Assembly: GCA_035308905.1 (NCBI GenBank)
Contig: DATGFS010000042.1
Span: forward strand, 3,093 to 67,092
DNA from: a bacterium
Lineage (GTDB): Bacteria; Sysuimicrobiota; Sysuimicrobiia; Sysuimicrobiales; Segetimicrobiaceae
Length of the DNA stretch: 64,000 bases
Direction: 5' to 3'
Of this stretch, positions 9,877 through 18,529 are shown piece after piece. A model generated the notes under the pieces. The model was not told where the DNA came from and did no database searches. It worked only from the letters and a program-made list of their open reading frames with translations. The position numbers and the translations under genes are program-made. Numbering within the stretch: the stretch's first letter is position 1; the number at the start of each line of letters is the position of its first letter.

Positions 9877-11469
9877 ATGGACTTGTCGCTCGACATCCCC
9901 GACGCGTTCAACGTCACGACCGCGTTCGTCGACCATAACCTCGAGACGGGCCGGGAACGCGCGGTGGCGATCCACGCGGACGATCGCCGCATCTCCTACG
10001 GCGAACTCGCCGCGCAGGTCAACCGCGCCGGGAACGCGCTGCGCGGGCTCGGCGTCCGGCCGGAGGAGCGGGTCTTTCTGCTCCTGCTCGATTCCCCGGA
10101 ATTCGCCTATCTGTTCTGGGGCGCGATCCGGATCGGCGCGGTGCCGGTCCCGACGAACACGGCGTTGCGGTCCCAGGACTATGCGTACATGCTGCGCGAC
10201 AGCCGCGCGCGCGTCCTGGTCGTCAGCGACGCGCTCCTTCCGGCCGTCGAGCCGGCGCTGCGGGACGCGCCGGATCTGCGCCACGTCGTGGTCGCCGGGA
10301 CGAACGCGGTGCCGGCCGTGCCCGGGCCCGCCCGGCACGCTCTCGCCGATCTGCTGTCGGCGGCGGACGATCGGCTCGCGCCGGCGCCGACCCACCGCGA
10401 CGAGCCGGCGTTCTGGTTGTGGAGCAGCGGGAGCACCGGCGCGCCGAAAGGCACCGTGCACCTGCACCACGACATGCTGTGGGCCGCGGAGCTGTACGGG
10501 CGGGGCGTGCTCGGGATCGAGCCCGACGACGTGTGCCTGTCGATCGCGAAGCTGTATTTCGCCTACGGCCTCGGCAACGGACTCTACTTTCCCCTGCGCG
10601 TCGGCGCGTCGACCGTGCTGTTTCCCGGCCGCTTCGACCCGCCGACGTACTTCGGGCTGATCGAGCGCCACCGGCCGACGCTGTTCTTCGGCGTGCCCAC
10701 GGCATATGCCGCGATGCTCGCCGCGGACGGCCCGAAGAGCCTCGGCGCGGTGCGGCGGTGTGTCTCGGCCGGCGAGCCGCTGCCGGCGGCGATCTTTACG
10801 CGGTGGAAAGAGCGGTTCGGGGTCGAGATCCTGGACGGGATCGGGTCGACCGAGGCCCTGCACATCTACATCAGCAACCGGCCCGGACGCGTGCGCCCCG
10901 GCAGCAGCGGCGAGGTGGTCCCGGGATATGAGGTGCGGATCGTGGACGAGGGCGGTCGCGACCTGCCGCCCGGCGAAATGGGCGACCTGCTCGTGCGCGG
11001 TGACAGCGTTGCCGCCTATTACTGGAACAAGCACGCGCAGACCCGGCGGACGTTCGCGGGCGAGTGGTTCCGGAGCGGCGACAAGTACTATCGCGACGAC
11101 GACGATTACTACTGGTACTGCGGCCGTTCGGACGACATGCTCAAAGCGGGCGGACAGTGGGTGTCCCCCGCGGAGGTCGAAGCGACGCTGATCCAGCACC
11201 CCGCGGTGCTCGAGTGCGGGGTCGTCGGCTGCGCGGACGCGGACGAACTGGTCAAGCCCTACGCCTTCGTCGTTCTGAAGGCCGATCAGACCGGGTCGGA
11301 CGCGCTCGCGCGCGAGATTCAGGCGTTCGTCCGCGACAAGATCGCGGCGTTCAAGTATCCGCGGTGGATCGAGTTCGTCCCGGACCTGCCGAAGACCGCC
11401 ACAGGCAAGATTCAGCGGTTCCGGCTGCGCGAACGGCTGTCGCCGCCGGCGGCCTCCGCTTCATCGTAG
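9877..11469 (+). CDS. Benzoate-CoA ligase family aryl-CoA ligase (AMP-forming)
   Basis: WSSGSTGAPKG (AMP-binding box I), YGLGNG, GDKYYRDDDDYYWYCGRSDDMLK, PKTATGKIQR. Confidence 0.8.
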   Translation: MDLSLDIPDAFNVTTAFVDHNLETGRERAVAIHADDRRISYGELAAQVNRAGNALRGLGVRPEERVFLLLLDSPEFAYLFWGAIRIGAVPVPTNTALRSQDYAYMLRDSRARVLVVSDALLPAVEPALRDAPDLRHVVVAGTNAVPAVPGPARHALADLLSAADDRLAPAPTHRDEPAFWLWSSGSTGAPKGTVHLHHDMLWAAELYGRGVLGIEPDDVCLSIAKLYFAYGLGNGLYFPLRVGASTVLFPGRFDPPTYFGLIERHRPTLFFGVPTAYAAMLAADGPKSLGAVRRCVSAGEPLPAAIFTRWKERFGVEILDGIGSTEALHIYISNRPGRVRPGSSGEVVPGYEVRIVDEGGRDLPPGEMGDLLVRGDSVAAYYWNKHAQTRRTFAGEWFRSGDKYYRDDDDYYWYCGRSDDMLKAGGQWVSPAEVEATLIQHPAVLECGVVGCADADELVKPYAFVVLKADQTGSDALAREIQAFVRDKIAAFKYPRWIEFVPDLPKTATGKIQRFRLRERLSPPAASASS

Positions 11470-11486
11470 ACACTGGAGGGGACCCC

Positions 11487-12266
11487 ATGGGAGAGATGAT
11501 CAGCCTGGAGCGCGAAGGCGCCGTCGGCGTGATCTCGCTGCACCGCGCACCCGCCAACGCCTACAATCCGCAGTTCGCCGGCGAGTTCCAAGCGGCGGTC
11601 GACGGCGCGCGCGACGATCCCGCCGTGCGGGCGGTGATCGTGCGGAGCACCCTGCCGAAGTTTTTCTCCGCCGGGGCCGACGTGAAGTGGTTCGCCGGGT
11701 CGACGCTCGAGGACAAGGTCATGTTCATCACGCACATGCACGAGGTGCTGCGCCGCGTCGAGACGACCCCCAAGGTGTTCATCGCGGCGATTGCCGGGCA
11801 CTGCCTCGGCGGAGGCATGGAAATTGCGCTGGCGTGCGACCTGCGGTTCGCCGCCGCGGGGGCGTACGGGCTCGGCCAGCCCGAGATCTCGCTCGGCATC
11901 ATCCCGGGAAACGGCGGGACGCAGCGGCTGCCGCGCCTGATCGGCAAGAGCCGCGCGCTCGACCTGATGATTACCGGACGATCGGTCTCGCCCGACGAGG
12001 CGCTCGCGATCGGGCTCGTCGACCGCGTGTTCCCCGCGGAGGAGTTGTTCGCCAAAACGGCCGCGTACGCCGACGGACTGGCCAACGGCGCCGCGGTGGC
12101 CGTGGGGTTGATCAAGCTCACGGTCAACCGGGGGCTCGAGATGGCGCTCGACGATGCGCTGGCCTACGAACGGGAGGCGCTGTTCCGGGCGTTCATCACC
12201 GAGGACGGGGTGGAGGGCGTGCGCGCGTTCTCGGAGCGGCGGCCGGCGCAGTTCAAGGGGCGGTAG
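11487..12266 (+). CDS. Enoyl-CoA hydratase/isomerase (crotonase) family protein
   Basis: AGADVKWF…AAIAGHCLGGGMEIALACDLRFAA: crotonase oxyanion-hole motifs; RBS GGAGGGG upstream. Confidence 0.8.
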   Translation: MGEMISLEREGAVGVISLHRAPANAYNPQFAGEFQAAVDGARDDPAVRAVIVRSTLPKFFSAGADVKWFAGSTLEDKVMFITHMHEVLRRVETTPKVFIAAIAGHCLGGGMEIALACDLRFAAAGAYGLGQPEISLGIIPGNGGTQRLPRLIGKSRALDLMITGRSVSPDEALAIGLVDRVFPAEELFAKTAAYADGLANGAAVAVGLIKLTVNRGLEMALDDALAYEREALFRAFITEDGVEGVRAFSERRPAQFKGR

Positions 12267-13134
12267 ATCCCGCGGGCGCGTTCCGGATGAACTGGTACTC
12301 GGCGGCGTCGCAGACCGGCTCGTAGCCGATGCGCTGATAGATCCGGTTGGACGTCGGGTTCGTCAGATCGGTGTAGAGCATGCAGAAGCGGCGGCCCTGT
12401 TCCAGCAGCCGCCGGCTGAGCTCCGCCACGCACGCCGTCCCATAGCCGTGATTCCGAAACTCCGGCGGTGTGTAGACGGGGCCGAGCTTGATGCCGTGCC
12501 GGGTCGTTCCGCCGTATCCCGCGACGCATCGCGGACCGGCGTCGTCCCAGAGCACGAAGCCTTCGCCGGGACTGCCGAGCCGCGTGTTCAGCACGGTCTC
12601 CGCTTCGCCGGCGGGACGGTTCCCTTCTCCGAATGCCTCTGTGCCGAAGGCGCGCAGCCAGTCGAGCAGCAGCGGGCGGTCCGCGTCTTCGGCCGGGCGG
12701 AGGCGGCCCGGGATGGCCGGCACCGGCCGGACGGCGTCGAGGCGGTGGATCCGCTCGTGCAGCGCGAGGCGGCTCGGCTCGCCCGTGAGCCGCTGCCAGG
12801 CCGCGACGAACTCCGATGCGACCGGATCGGGTGCGTGCACGCCGGGCGGCGTGGGCCGCAGCGTGGCGGCGTCTTCGGCGAGCGCGCGGACGGCGCCAGG
12901 CCGGGTGGTCTGCGACACGACGAGCCGGTACAGCGAGGTCATCATCGCCGCGCCGGCGATCTCGCCGCGATCGAGTGCCGCGGCCAGATACACATCCTCG
13001 GCCTCGGCCGGATCGCGCGCGGCCAGGCGCGCCGGAATTCCGAGCAGGAGGTTGTGACACGCCTCGTCGCGGAGCAGAAACGGCTCGACGGCGTCGAGAA
13101 ACGCCCGCGGCGTGCCGTAGCGAACGACGTTCAT
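12253..13134 (-). CDS. GNAT family N-acetyltransferase (two-domain)
   Basis: C-terminal acetyl-CoA motif RRHGIKLGPVYTPPEFRNHGYGTACVAEL…; start ATG overlaps the paaX stop (ATGA). Confidence 0.6.
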   Translation of the reverse strand: MNVVRYGTPRAFLDAVEPFLLRDEACHNLLLGIPARLAARDPAEAEDVYLAAALDRGEIAGAAMMTSLYRLVVSQTTRPGAVRALAEDAATLRPTPPGVHAPDPVASEFVAAWQRLTGEPSRLALHERIHRLDAVRPVPAIPGRLRPAEDADRPLLLDWLRAFGTEAFGEGNRPAGEAETVLNTRLGSPGEGFVLWDDAGPRCVAGYGGTTRHGIKLGPVYTPPEFRNHGYGTACVAELSRRLLEQGRRFCMLYTDLTNPTSNRIYQRIGYEPVCDAAEYQFIRNAPAGSTAP

Positions 13135-14087
13135 CGGCGTGCGGCCGCGCGTCCCATCACGCGCGCGGCGAACCGGTCGGCCCGCGGCGCGAGCAGGGCG
13201 TACGTCCGGCGAAACAGCGCCGCCGCCTCCCGGTCGGGACGCCGCGACGGCAGAAGCCGGTCCGGAAGTCCCGGGTCCACGAACAGGAACTTGCGGTACT
13301 CGTGGACGAGCCGGATCTTCTCGGCGAAGCACGCGTCGTCGGCGATGGCGCCGGCGAGTATCCGCCGGCGCAGCGACGCGGCGCGCGGCCGGGTCGCCGT
13401 GATGAACCGGCGGTACTGCGCGGCGATGCGGTCCAGATTCCAGCAGCGTTCGGCGAGCGCCCGGTCGTCCGCCGGACCGAGGCTTCGCGCGTCGAAGAGC
13501 GCGACCGCGCCGTCGAGTCTGTGCGCCGCGCTCAACGCGCGCAGCACGCCGGCCAGATCATGCGTGGTCACCCACGTGCCGCGGGACAGCGGCCCCAAAC
13601 CGAGCCAGGCCAGTTCGCGCCGAAGCCGGTCCCGGGCCGCCCGCCGCGCCTCCGGAATGACGTAAGTGAAGAGCCGCCAGCGTCCGTCCCACGCCTCCGC
13701 GGTCGTGCGGTACACTCGCCGCACGCCTTGTTCCAGGCGAAGCGCGCCGGCGGGGGTGAGCGAGTAGAACGCCCGCCGGCCGCCGCGGCGGCGGCTGAGC
13801 CACCCGCGGCGGGTCATGCGCGACAGCGCGGCGCGGACCGCGCGCGGTGTGAGCCCGAGCGGCGCCATCAGGCCGATCAGAGTGGCGGCGCCGATCTCGT
13901 CGCAGCGCGCACGGACGGTGTCGCCCCACACCGTCACGAGCAGCGACCGGGCGCTGCCGGCGGACCGCCTGCCCGGCGGACTCGCCCGCCGCCATGAAAT
14001 TGCGGCCGGCCGGGGGATGCCTGCCGCCCGCCGGCCGGACCGTCGATCCGGCACGCGATCGATCATGCGCCGCCTTTCACGGGGCAT
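13131..14087 (-). CDS. paaX: PaaX family transcriptional repressor of phenylacetate catabolism
   Basis: Winged-helix N-terminus (SLLVTVWGDTV…) plus PaaX C-terminal domain; divergent from paaA across an AT-rich region. Confidence 0.75.
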   Translation of the reverse strand: MPRERRRMIDRVPDRRSGRRAAGIPRPAAISWRRASPPGRRSAGSARSLLVTVWGDTVRARCDEIGAATLIGLMAPLGLTPRAVRAALSRMTRRGWLSRRRGGRRAFYSLTPAGALRLEQGVRRVYRTTAEAWDGRWRLFTYVIPEARRAARDRLRRELAWLGLGPLSRGTWVTTHDLAGVLRALSAAHRLDGAVALFDARSLGPADDRALAERCWNLDRIAAQYRRFITATRPRAASLRRRILAGAIADDACFAEKIRLVHEYRKFLFVDPGLPDRLLPSRRPDREAAALFRRTYALLAPRADRFAARVMGRAAARR

Positions 14088-14205
14088 CGTTGTGGTATAA
14101 TAATTATACACGCTATTCACGTCGTTCGTGCAAAAATCGTAGTATATTAGCCGGGCCTCCTCCGCGGATCTCCGCGGCGGGCGGGGCCGGGCGCGGAGGT
14201 CGACG
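14088..14205. promoter_or_regulatory. AT-rich divergent paaX/paaA control region with extended -10 (TGgTATAAT, 14093-14101) and palindromes
   Basis: Only strongly AT-rich stretch for kilobases; palindrome TATAATAATTATA (14096-14108) and CACG-N5-CGTG (14118-14130). Confidence 0.45.
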
Positions 14206-15138
14206 GTGGGCACGCCGACGGACGAACAGATCGTCGAGCGCATCCGGCAGGGACACATCATCGAGACGCCCGCCGAGATGAGCGATGACTACCGGCGCAC
14301 GCTCATCCACATCCTCACCGTGTCCGCCGACACCGAAATGATCAGCGCCCCGAGCTACTACACCGCGGCCAAGGACTCGCCGTCGATGAACAACCTCATC
14401 TCGGCGCTCGCGATCATCCAGGACGAGTTGAGCCACGCCCACATCGGATACCGCATTCTTCAAGATCTCGGCGTGGACACGGAGACGCTGATCTACGACC
14501 GCGCGCCGACGGCGTTCAAGCACCCGTACGCGTTCGACGTGCCGCTGCGCTCCTGGGTCGAGCTGATCGTCGCCAACGCGTTCTACGACCGCGCGGGCTT
14601 CGTGCTGCTCGGCGACGTGTACCGGCACTGCAGTTACGGGCCGTGGCGGCGCGCGCTGGCCAAAGTCGACAAGGAGGAGAATTTCCATCTGCGCCACGGG
14701 GAGAACGGGATGCGCCGGCTTGCCTCGGGCGGCGGGCGGGACGACGTCCAGCGCGCGATCGATTGGATGTTCCCGATGACGGTCGAGTGGTTCGGTCTCC
14801 CGGACACCCTCAAGACCCACGGGCGCCAGATCGCCTACAAGCTGAAGGGCAGCACCAACGACCAACTGCGCCAGCAGTGGCTGCGGACCGCGGTGCCGCT
14901 GTGCGAGGGCCTCGGCTTCACGGTGCCGGCGCATCACGAGCAGGCAACCGACACCTACGTGCTCGACTATCCGCTGCCGGTCGACTTCGACGAAGGCGAG
15001 CGGCGGTGGCTGATGGACCGGCCGATCACGTGGGACGAGGTGCTGGTGCGCTGGAAGCTCCGGGGGCCGGGCAACGGGATGCTGGTCGACATGTTGCAGC
15101 GCGGCCGCCGGCAGATGCGCGCGCTGTCGAGGCACTGA
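14206..15138 (+). CDS. paaA: 1,2-phenylacetyl-CoA epoxidase catalytic subunit PaaA
   Basis: Di-iron ferritin-like motifs (…DELSHAHIGYRIL…ENFHLRHGE…); GTG start after GGAGG. Confidence 0.85.
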   Translation: MGTPTDEQIVERIRQGHIIETPAEMSDDYRRTLIHILTVSADTEMISAPSYYTAAKDSPSMNNLISALAIIQDELSHAHIGYRILQDLGVDTETLIYDRAPTAFKHPYAFDVPLRSWVELIVANAFYDRAGFVLLGDVYRHCSYGPWRRALAKVDKEENFHLRHGENGMRRLASGGGRDDVQRAIDWMFPMTVEWFGLPDTLKTHGRQIAYKLKGSTNDQLRQQWLRTAVPLCEGLGFTVPAHHEQATDTYVLDYPLPVDFDEGERRWLMDRPITWDEVLVRWKLRGPGNGMLVDMLQRGRRQMRALSRH

Positions 15139-15140
15139 CG

Positions 15141-15506
15141 ATGGCGGTGGAGTCGCCGGTCGAGCGGACGTCAGGCGGGGCGGCGGCCCCGGAGCCGGTG
15201 ACGCCGGAACAGGTGCTGGCGGCGATGCGGGACGTCGCCGACCCGGAGTGGCCGGTCAGCATCGTCGACATGGGCCTCGTCTGCGGGGTGGCCGTTGAGG
15301 ACGGCGTCGTCCGCGTCACGCTCACCTTTACGTCGACCGCGTGTCCGTGCATGGAGATGATCCAGGACGACGTGCGGGAGCGCCTGCGCCGGCTGCCCGG
15401 CGTCCGCGACGTCGTGTTTGCGATCACGTGGGATCCGGTGTGGACGAAGGCACGGCTGAGCGACGCCGCCCGGCTGCAGTTCCGCCGCTGGGGCGTCTCC
15501 GTCTGA
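15141..15506 (+). CDS. paaD: PaaD N-terminal (DUF59/MIP18-like) domain protein; first half of a split PaaD
   Basis: VADPEWPVSIVDMGLV…TLTFTSTACPCMEM…WDPVWTKARLSDAARLQF aligns with E. coli PaaD residues about 1-110. Confidence 0.7.
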   Translation: MAVESPVERTSGGAAAPEPVTPEQVLAAMRDVADPEWPVSIVDMGLVCGVAVEDGVVRVTLTFTSTACPCMEMIQDDVRERLRRLPGVRDVVFAITWDPVWTKARLSDAARLQFRRWGVSV

Positions 15507-15733
15507 TGCACACGATCGGCGACGAGCCCGTCTACGAGGTCTTCGCCCGGCGCGTGGAAGGCGAGCCGCTTCGCCACGTGGGATCGGTCGCCGCGCCCGG
15601 CGACGCGCTGGCGCGCGTCTACGCACGCAGCATCTACGACGAGGAATCGTGGCTCGAGATGTACGTCGTTCCGCGGCGCGCGATTATCGCGGTCGGCGAC
15701 GTGCGCGACGAAGCGGTCGACGCGCATGCGTGA
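15506..15733 (+). CDS. paaB: 1,2-phenylacetyl-CoA epoxidase subunit PaaB
   Basis: VYEVFARRVEGEPLRHVGSV…ARSIYDEESW: PaaB family; ATG overlaps the preceding TGA (TGATG). Confidence 0.8.
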   Translation: MHTIGDEPVYEVFARRVEGEPLRHVGSVAAPGDALARVYARSIYDEESWLEMYVVPRRAIIAVGDVRDEAVDAHA

Positions 15734-15739
15734 CCGCCG

Positions 15740-16561
15740 GTGAGCGCGCCGTCCCCTGAGGGGACACTCCTGGACCGGCCGTCGGCGCTTCCGGGCGGCT
15801 GTGTGGCGCCGCTCGTCGATCTCGTCACGGCGCTCGCGGACAACAAGCACGCGCTGGGACTCCGGTACGCGGAATGGTGCAGCAGCGGCCCGACGATCGA
15901 GGCCGGGGTCGCGGCCACCGCGATGGCGCAGGACGAACTGGGCCACGCGCGCGTGCTCTACGGCCTGCTCGAAGAGCTGCCGGGCGCCCCGCGGCGGTCG
16001 GAGCACGAGTGGTCGGCCGCGGACGCCCGGACCGTGGCGTTCGTCGACCGCGCGTTCGCGGGCTGGCCGCAGCTGATCGTCGCCAACCTGATGCTTGATC
16101 GGGTGCTGGCCACGGTCCTCGAGGCGGCGCTCGACTCGCGCTACCTGCCGCTCCGGCAGCGGGCACGAAAAATCATCGAAGAGGAACGCTATCACGCGAT
16201 TCACGGGCAGAGCTGGCTCGCCCAGCTCGCCACGGAGGGGCCGGAGGTGCGCGCGGAGCTGGCCGCGGCGCTGCGCGACATCTGGAGTGACGCGCTCTGC
16301 TGGTTCGGCCGCGGAGACGGCGGAGCGCTCGGCACGCTGGTCGACGCGGGCGTGCTCGGCGCGGCCGGGGATGCGCTTCGCCGCCGCTTCCTCGCACAGC
16401 TCGCGCCGGTTCTCGCCGCCGCGGGCGTCCCGGCGCCGCTGCGCGGTGCCGGCCGGCAGGCGGCCGGCAACCATGAAATCGAAAGGGGCGCAGGCTGGGA
16501 GCCGTCGGAGCCGCTGCCGTGGGGCCGCTGGGACGAACGCGCGAGGAGGGTGAGGCCGTGA
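15740..16561 (+). CDS. paaC: 1,2-phenylacetyl-CoA epoxidase subunit PaaC
   Basis: Ferritin-like PaaC motifs (MAQDELGHARVLYGLLEEL…EEERYHAIHGQSW). Confidence 0.8.
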   Translation: MSAPSPEGTLLDRPSALPGGCVAPLVDLVTALADNKHALGLRYAEWCSSGPTIEAGVAATAMAQDELGHARVLYGLLEELPGAPRRSEHEWSAADARTVAFVDRAFAGWPQLIVANLMLDRVLATVLEAALDSRYLPLRQRARKIIEEERYHAIHGQSWLAQLATEGPEVRAELAAALRDIWSDALCWFGRGDGGALGTLVDAGVLGAAGDALRRRFLAQLAPVLAAAGVPAPLRGAGRQAAGNHEIERGAGWEPSEPLPWGRWDERARRVRP

Positions 16562-16785
16562 CCGGCCGTGAGGGCGCGCGCCCGGACGGGGCCGGCGCAT
16601 CCGCGCCCGCCGCGGGGGCCGTGCCGGAGTGCCCCTTCTGCGGCTCGCATGAGACGGAGCTCATGAGCCTCTTCGGTTCGTCTGCGCTCACCTCGCAGTA
16701 CTACTGCCGCGGCTGCCGCAGCGCGTTCGAGCAGGTGAAATGGGGCACCCCGCCGCCGCCCCCCCCTTCCAGGCGGGATTCCTGA
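16558..16785 (+). CDS. paaD: PaaD C-terminal zinc-ribbon domain protein; second half of a split PaaD
   Basis: CPFCGSHETELMSLFGSSALTSQYYCRGCRSAFEQVKW matches the PaaD C-terminal Cys4 ribbon (CPRC…ISEFGS…YRCDSCREPFDYFK); GTG start overlaps the paaC stop, RBS GAGGAGG. Confidence 0.6.
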   Translation: MTGREGARPDGAGASAPAAGAVPECPFCGSHETELMSLFGSSALTSQYYCRGCRSAFEQVKWGTPPPPPPSRRDS

Positions 16786-16799
16786 TCGGAGCGGACCTC

Positions 16800-17714
16800 G
16801 TGTCGAAGGTGATGCCGCTCCGCGACGCCGTGTCGCAGTACGCGCGCGACGGCGCGGTCATCGCGATGGGCACGGGGCTCGAGTCGTGCATTCCCTTCGC
16901 GGCGGGACACGAGATCATCCGGCAGCGCCGGCGCGATCTGACGCTCGTCGGCCCGATCTCGGACATCCTGTTCGACCAGCTCATCGGCGCCGGATGCGTC
17001 GCGCGCGTGATCGCGGCGTGGGTCGGCAACGTCGGGGCCGGGATCGCGTACAATTTCCGCCGCGCCGTCGAGGAGCAGATCCCGCGGCCGCTCGCGATGG
17101 AAGATCACTCAAACCTGACGGTTGCGCTCGCCCTCGAGGCGGCGGCCCGCGGGGTCCCGTTTCTGCCGTCGCGGACGGTCCTCGGCAGCGAGATCCTGCG
17201 CGGCCACGAGCGCCTCAGGGAGATGACCTGCCCGTTTACCGGCGAGCGCCTCCTCGGGGTCGGGGCCCTCGAGCTCGACCTCGCGATCCTGCACGTGCCG
17301 CGGTGCGATCGCGGCGGGAACGCGCACCTGTGGGGGAACCTCGGCGTCACGCTCGAGGCGGCGCGCGCGGCGCGGCACGTCGTGCTCACGTGCGAGGAGC
17401 TGGTCGACGAGACGGTGATCCGCAGCGATCCCAACCGGACGCTCATCCCGGGGTTTCTGGTCGGCGCGGTGTCGGTCGTGCCGTACGGCTCGCATCCCTC
17501 GCCGACGCAGGGGTACGTCAACCGCGACGACCGGTTCTACGACGAGTACCACGCCGAGACCAAGACGCGCGAGGGATTCCTCGGCTGGCTCGACCGCATG
17601 GTGGCGGGAACGCCCGACCACGCGGCGTACGTGGCGCGGCTTGGGGCGAGCCGGGTCGAGAGCCTGCGTCCCCGGACGGCGCGCCTCGCCGCCCCGGTCG
17701 ACTACGGGCTGTGA
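16800..17714 (+). CDS. CoA-transferase subunit A (glutaconate/3-oxoacid CoA-transferase family)
   Basis: N-terminus VSKVMPLRDAVSQYARDGAVIAMG resembles GctA; start ambiguous (GTG 16800, GTG 16809 or ATG 16812). Confidence 0.7.
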   Translation: MSKVMPLRDAVSQYARDGAVIAMGTGLESCIPFAAGHEIIRQRRRDLTLVGPISDILFDQLIGAGCVARVIAAWVGNVGAGIAYNFRRAVEEQIPRPLAMEDHSNLTVALALEAAARGVPFLPSRTVLGSEILRGHERLREMTCPFTGERLLGVGALELDLAILHVPRCDRGGNAHLWGNLGVTLEAARAARHVVLTCEELVDETVIRSDPNRTLIPGFLVGAVSVVPYGSHPSPTQGYVNRDDRFYDEYHAETKTREGFLGWLDRMVAGTPDHAAYVARLGASRVESLRPRTARLAAPVDYGL

Positions 17715-18484
17715 TGCGCGCGGAGGCGCCGGCCGCCACGCGGCGTCAGATCATGGTGGTCGCGGCCGCCCGGCAGATTCGCGACACGGAGATCGTCTTC
17801 GTCGGCATGCGCCTGCCGCTCTTGGGCTTTGCCGTGGCCAAAGCGACCCACGCGCCGCGCGCGGTGGGGCTGTTCGAGAACGGGGTGATCCGAGACACGC
17901 CCCCGGCCGGCGCGCTCATTACGATGGGCGACCCGCCGAATATCGCCGGCGCGGTGATGTGCACGACCCTGCTCGACGTGATGAGCCACCTCGAGCGCGG
18001 CCGCGTCGACGTGGGGTTCCTCGGCGGCGCGCAAGTAGACCGGTTCGGCAATCTGAACACCACCTGGGTCGAGGAGGGCGGAAGGCGTGTGCGCCTGCCG
18101 GGCAGCGGCGGGGCGGCCGATATCGCGGCGCTGTCGCGCCGGACCGTGGTGATCATGCGGCACGAACTGCGGCGTTTTCCCGAGCGCGTCGGCTATCTGA
18201 CGTCGCCGGGATACGGCAGCGGAGGGGCGTGGCGCCGCGAGGCGGGGCTCCCGCGGGGCGGCCCCGCCCGCGTGATCACGAGCCTCGCCGTCATGGGGTT
18301 CGATCCGGCGTCGGGCGAGATGGTGCTGGAGAGCGTGCACCCGGGGGTGACGATCGGCGAGGTGCGCGCGCACACGGGCTGGGATCTGCGGGCCGCGGCG
18401 CGGCCGGATACGACGGCGGTGCCGACCGCGGAGGAACTCGCCGTGCTGCGGCGGTTCGATCCGGACGGCGCGTGGACGGGATAG
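17714..18484 (+). CDS. CoA-transferase subunit B
   Basis: Paired with subunit A (TGATG overlap); conserved …GSGGAADIAA… region. Confidence 0.7.
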   Translation: MRAEAPAATRRQIMVVAAARQIRDTEIVFVGMRLPLLGFAVAKATHAPRAVGLFENGVIRDTPPAGALITMGDPPNIAGAVMCTTLLDVMSHLERGRVDVGFLGGAQVDRFGNLNTTWVEEGGRRVRLPGSGGAADIAALSRRTVVIMRHELRRFPERVGYLTSPGYGSGGAWRREAGLPRGGPARVITSLAVMGFDPASGEMVLESVHPGVTIGEVRAHTGWDLRAAARPDTTAVPTAEELAVLRRFDPDGAWTG

Positions 18485-18529
18485 CGTTGAAGGCGTAGAT
18501 CGGCGACTCGGCGGACGGGAGGGACGGGA

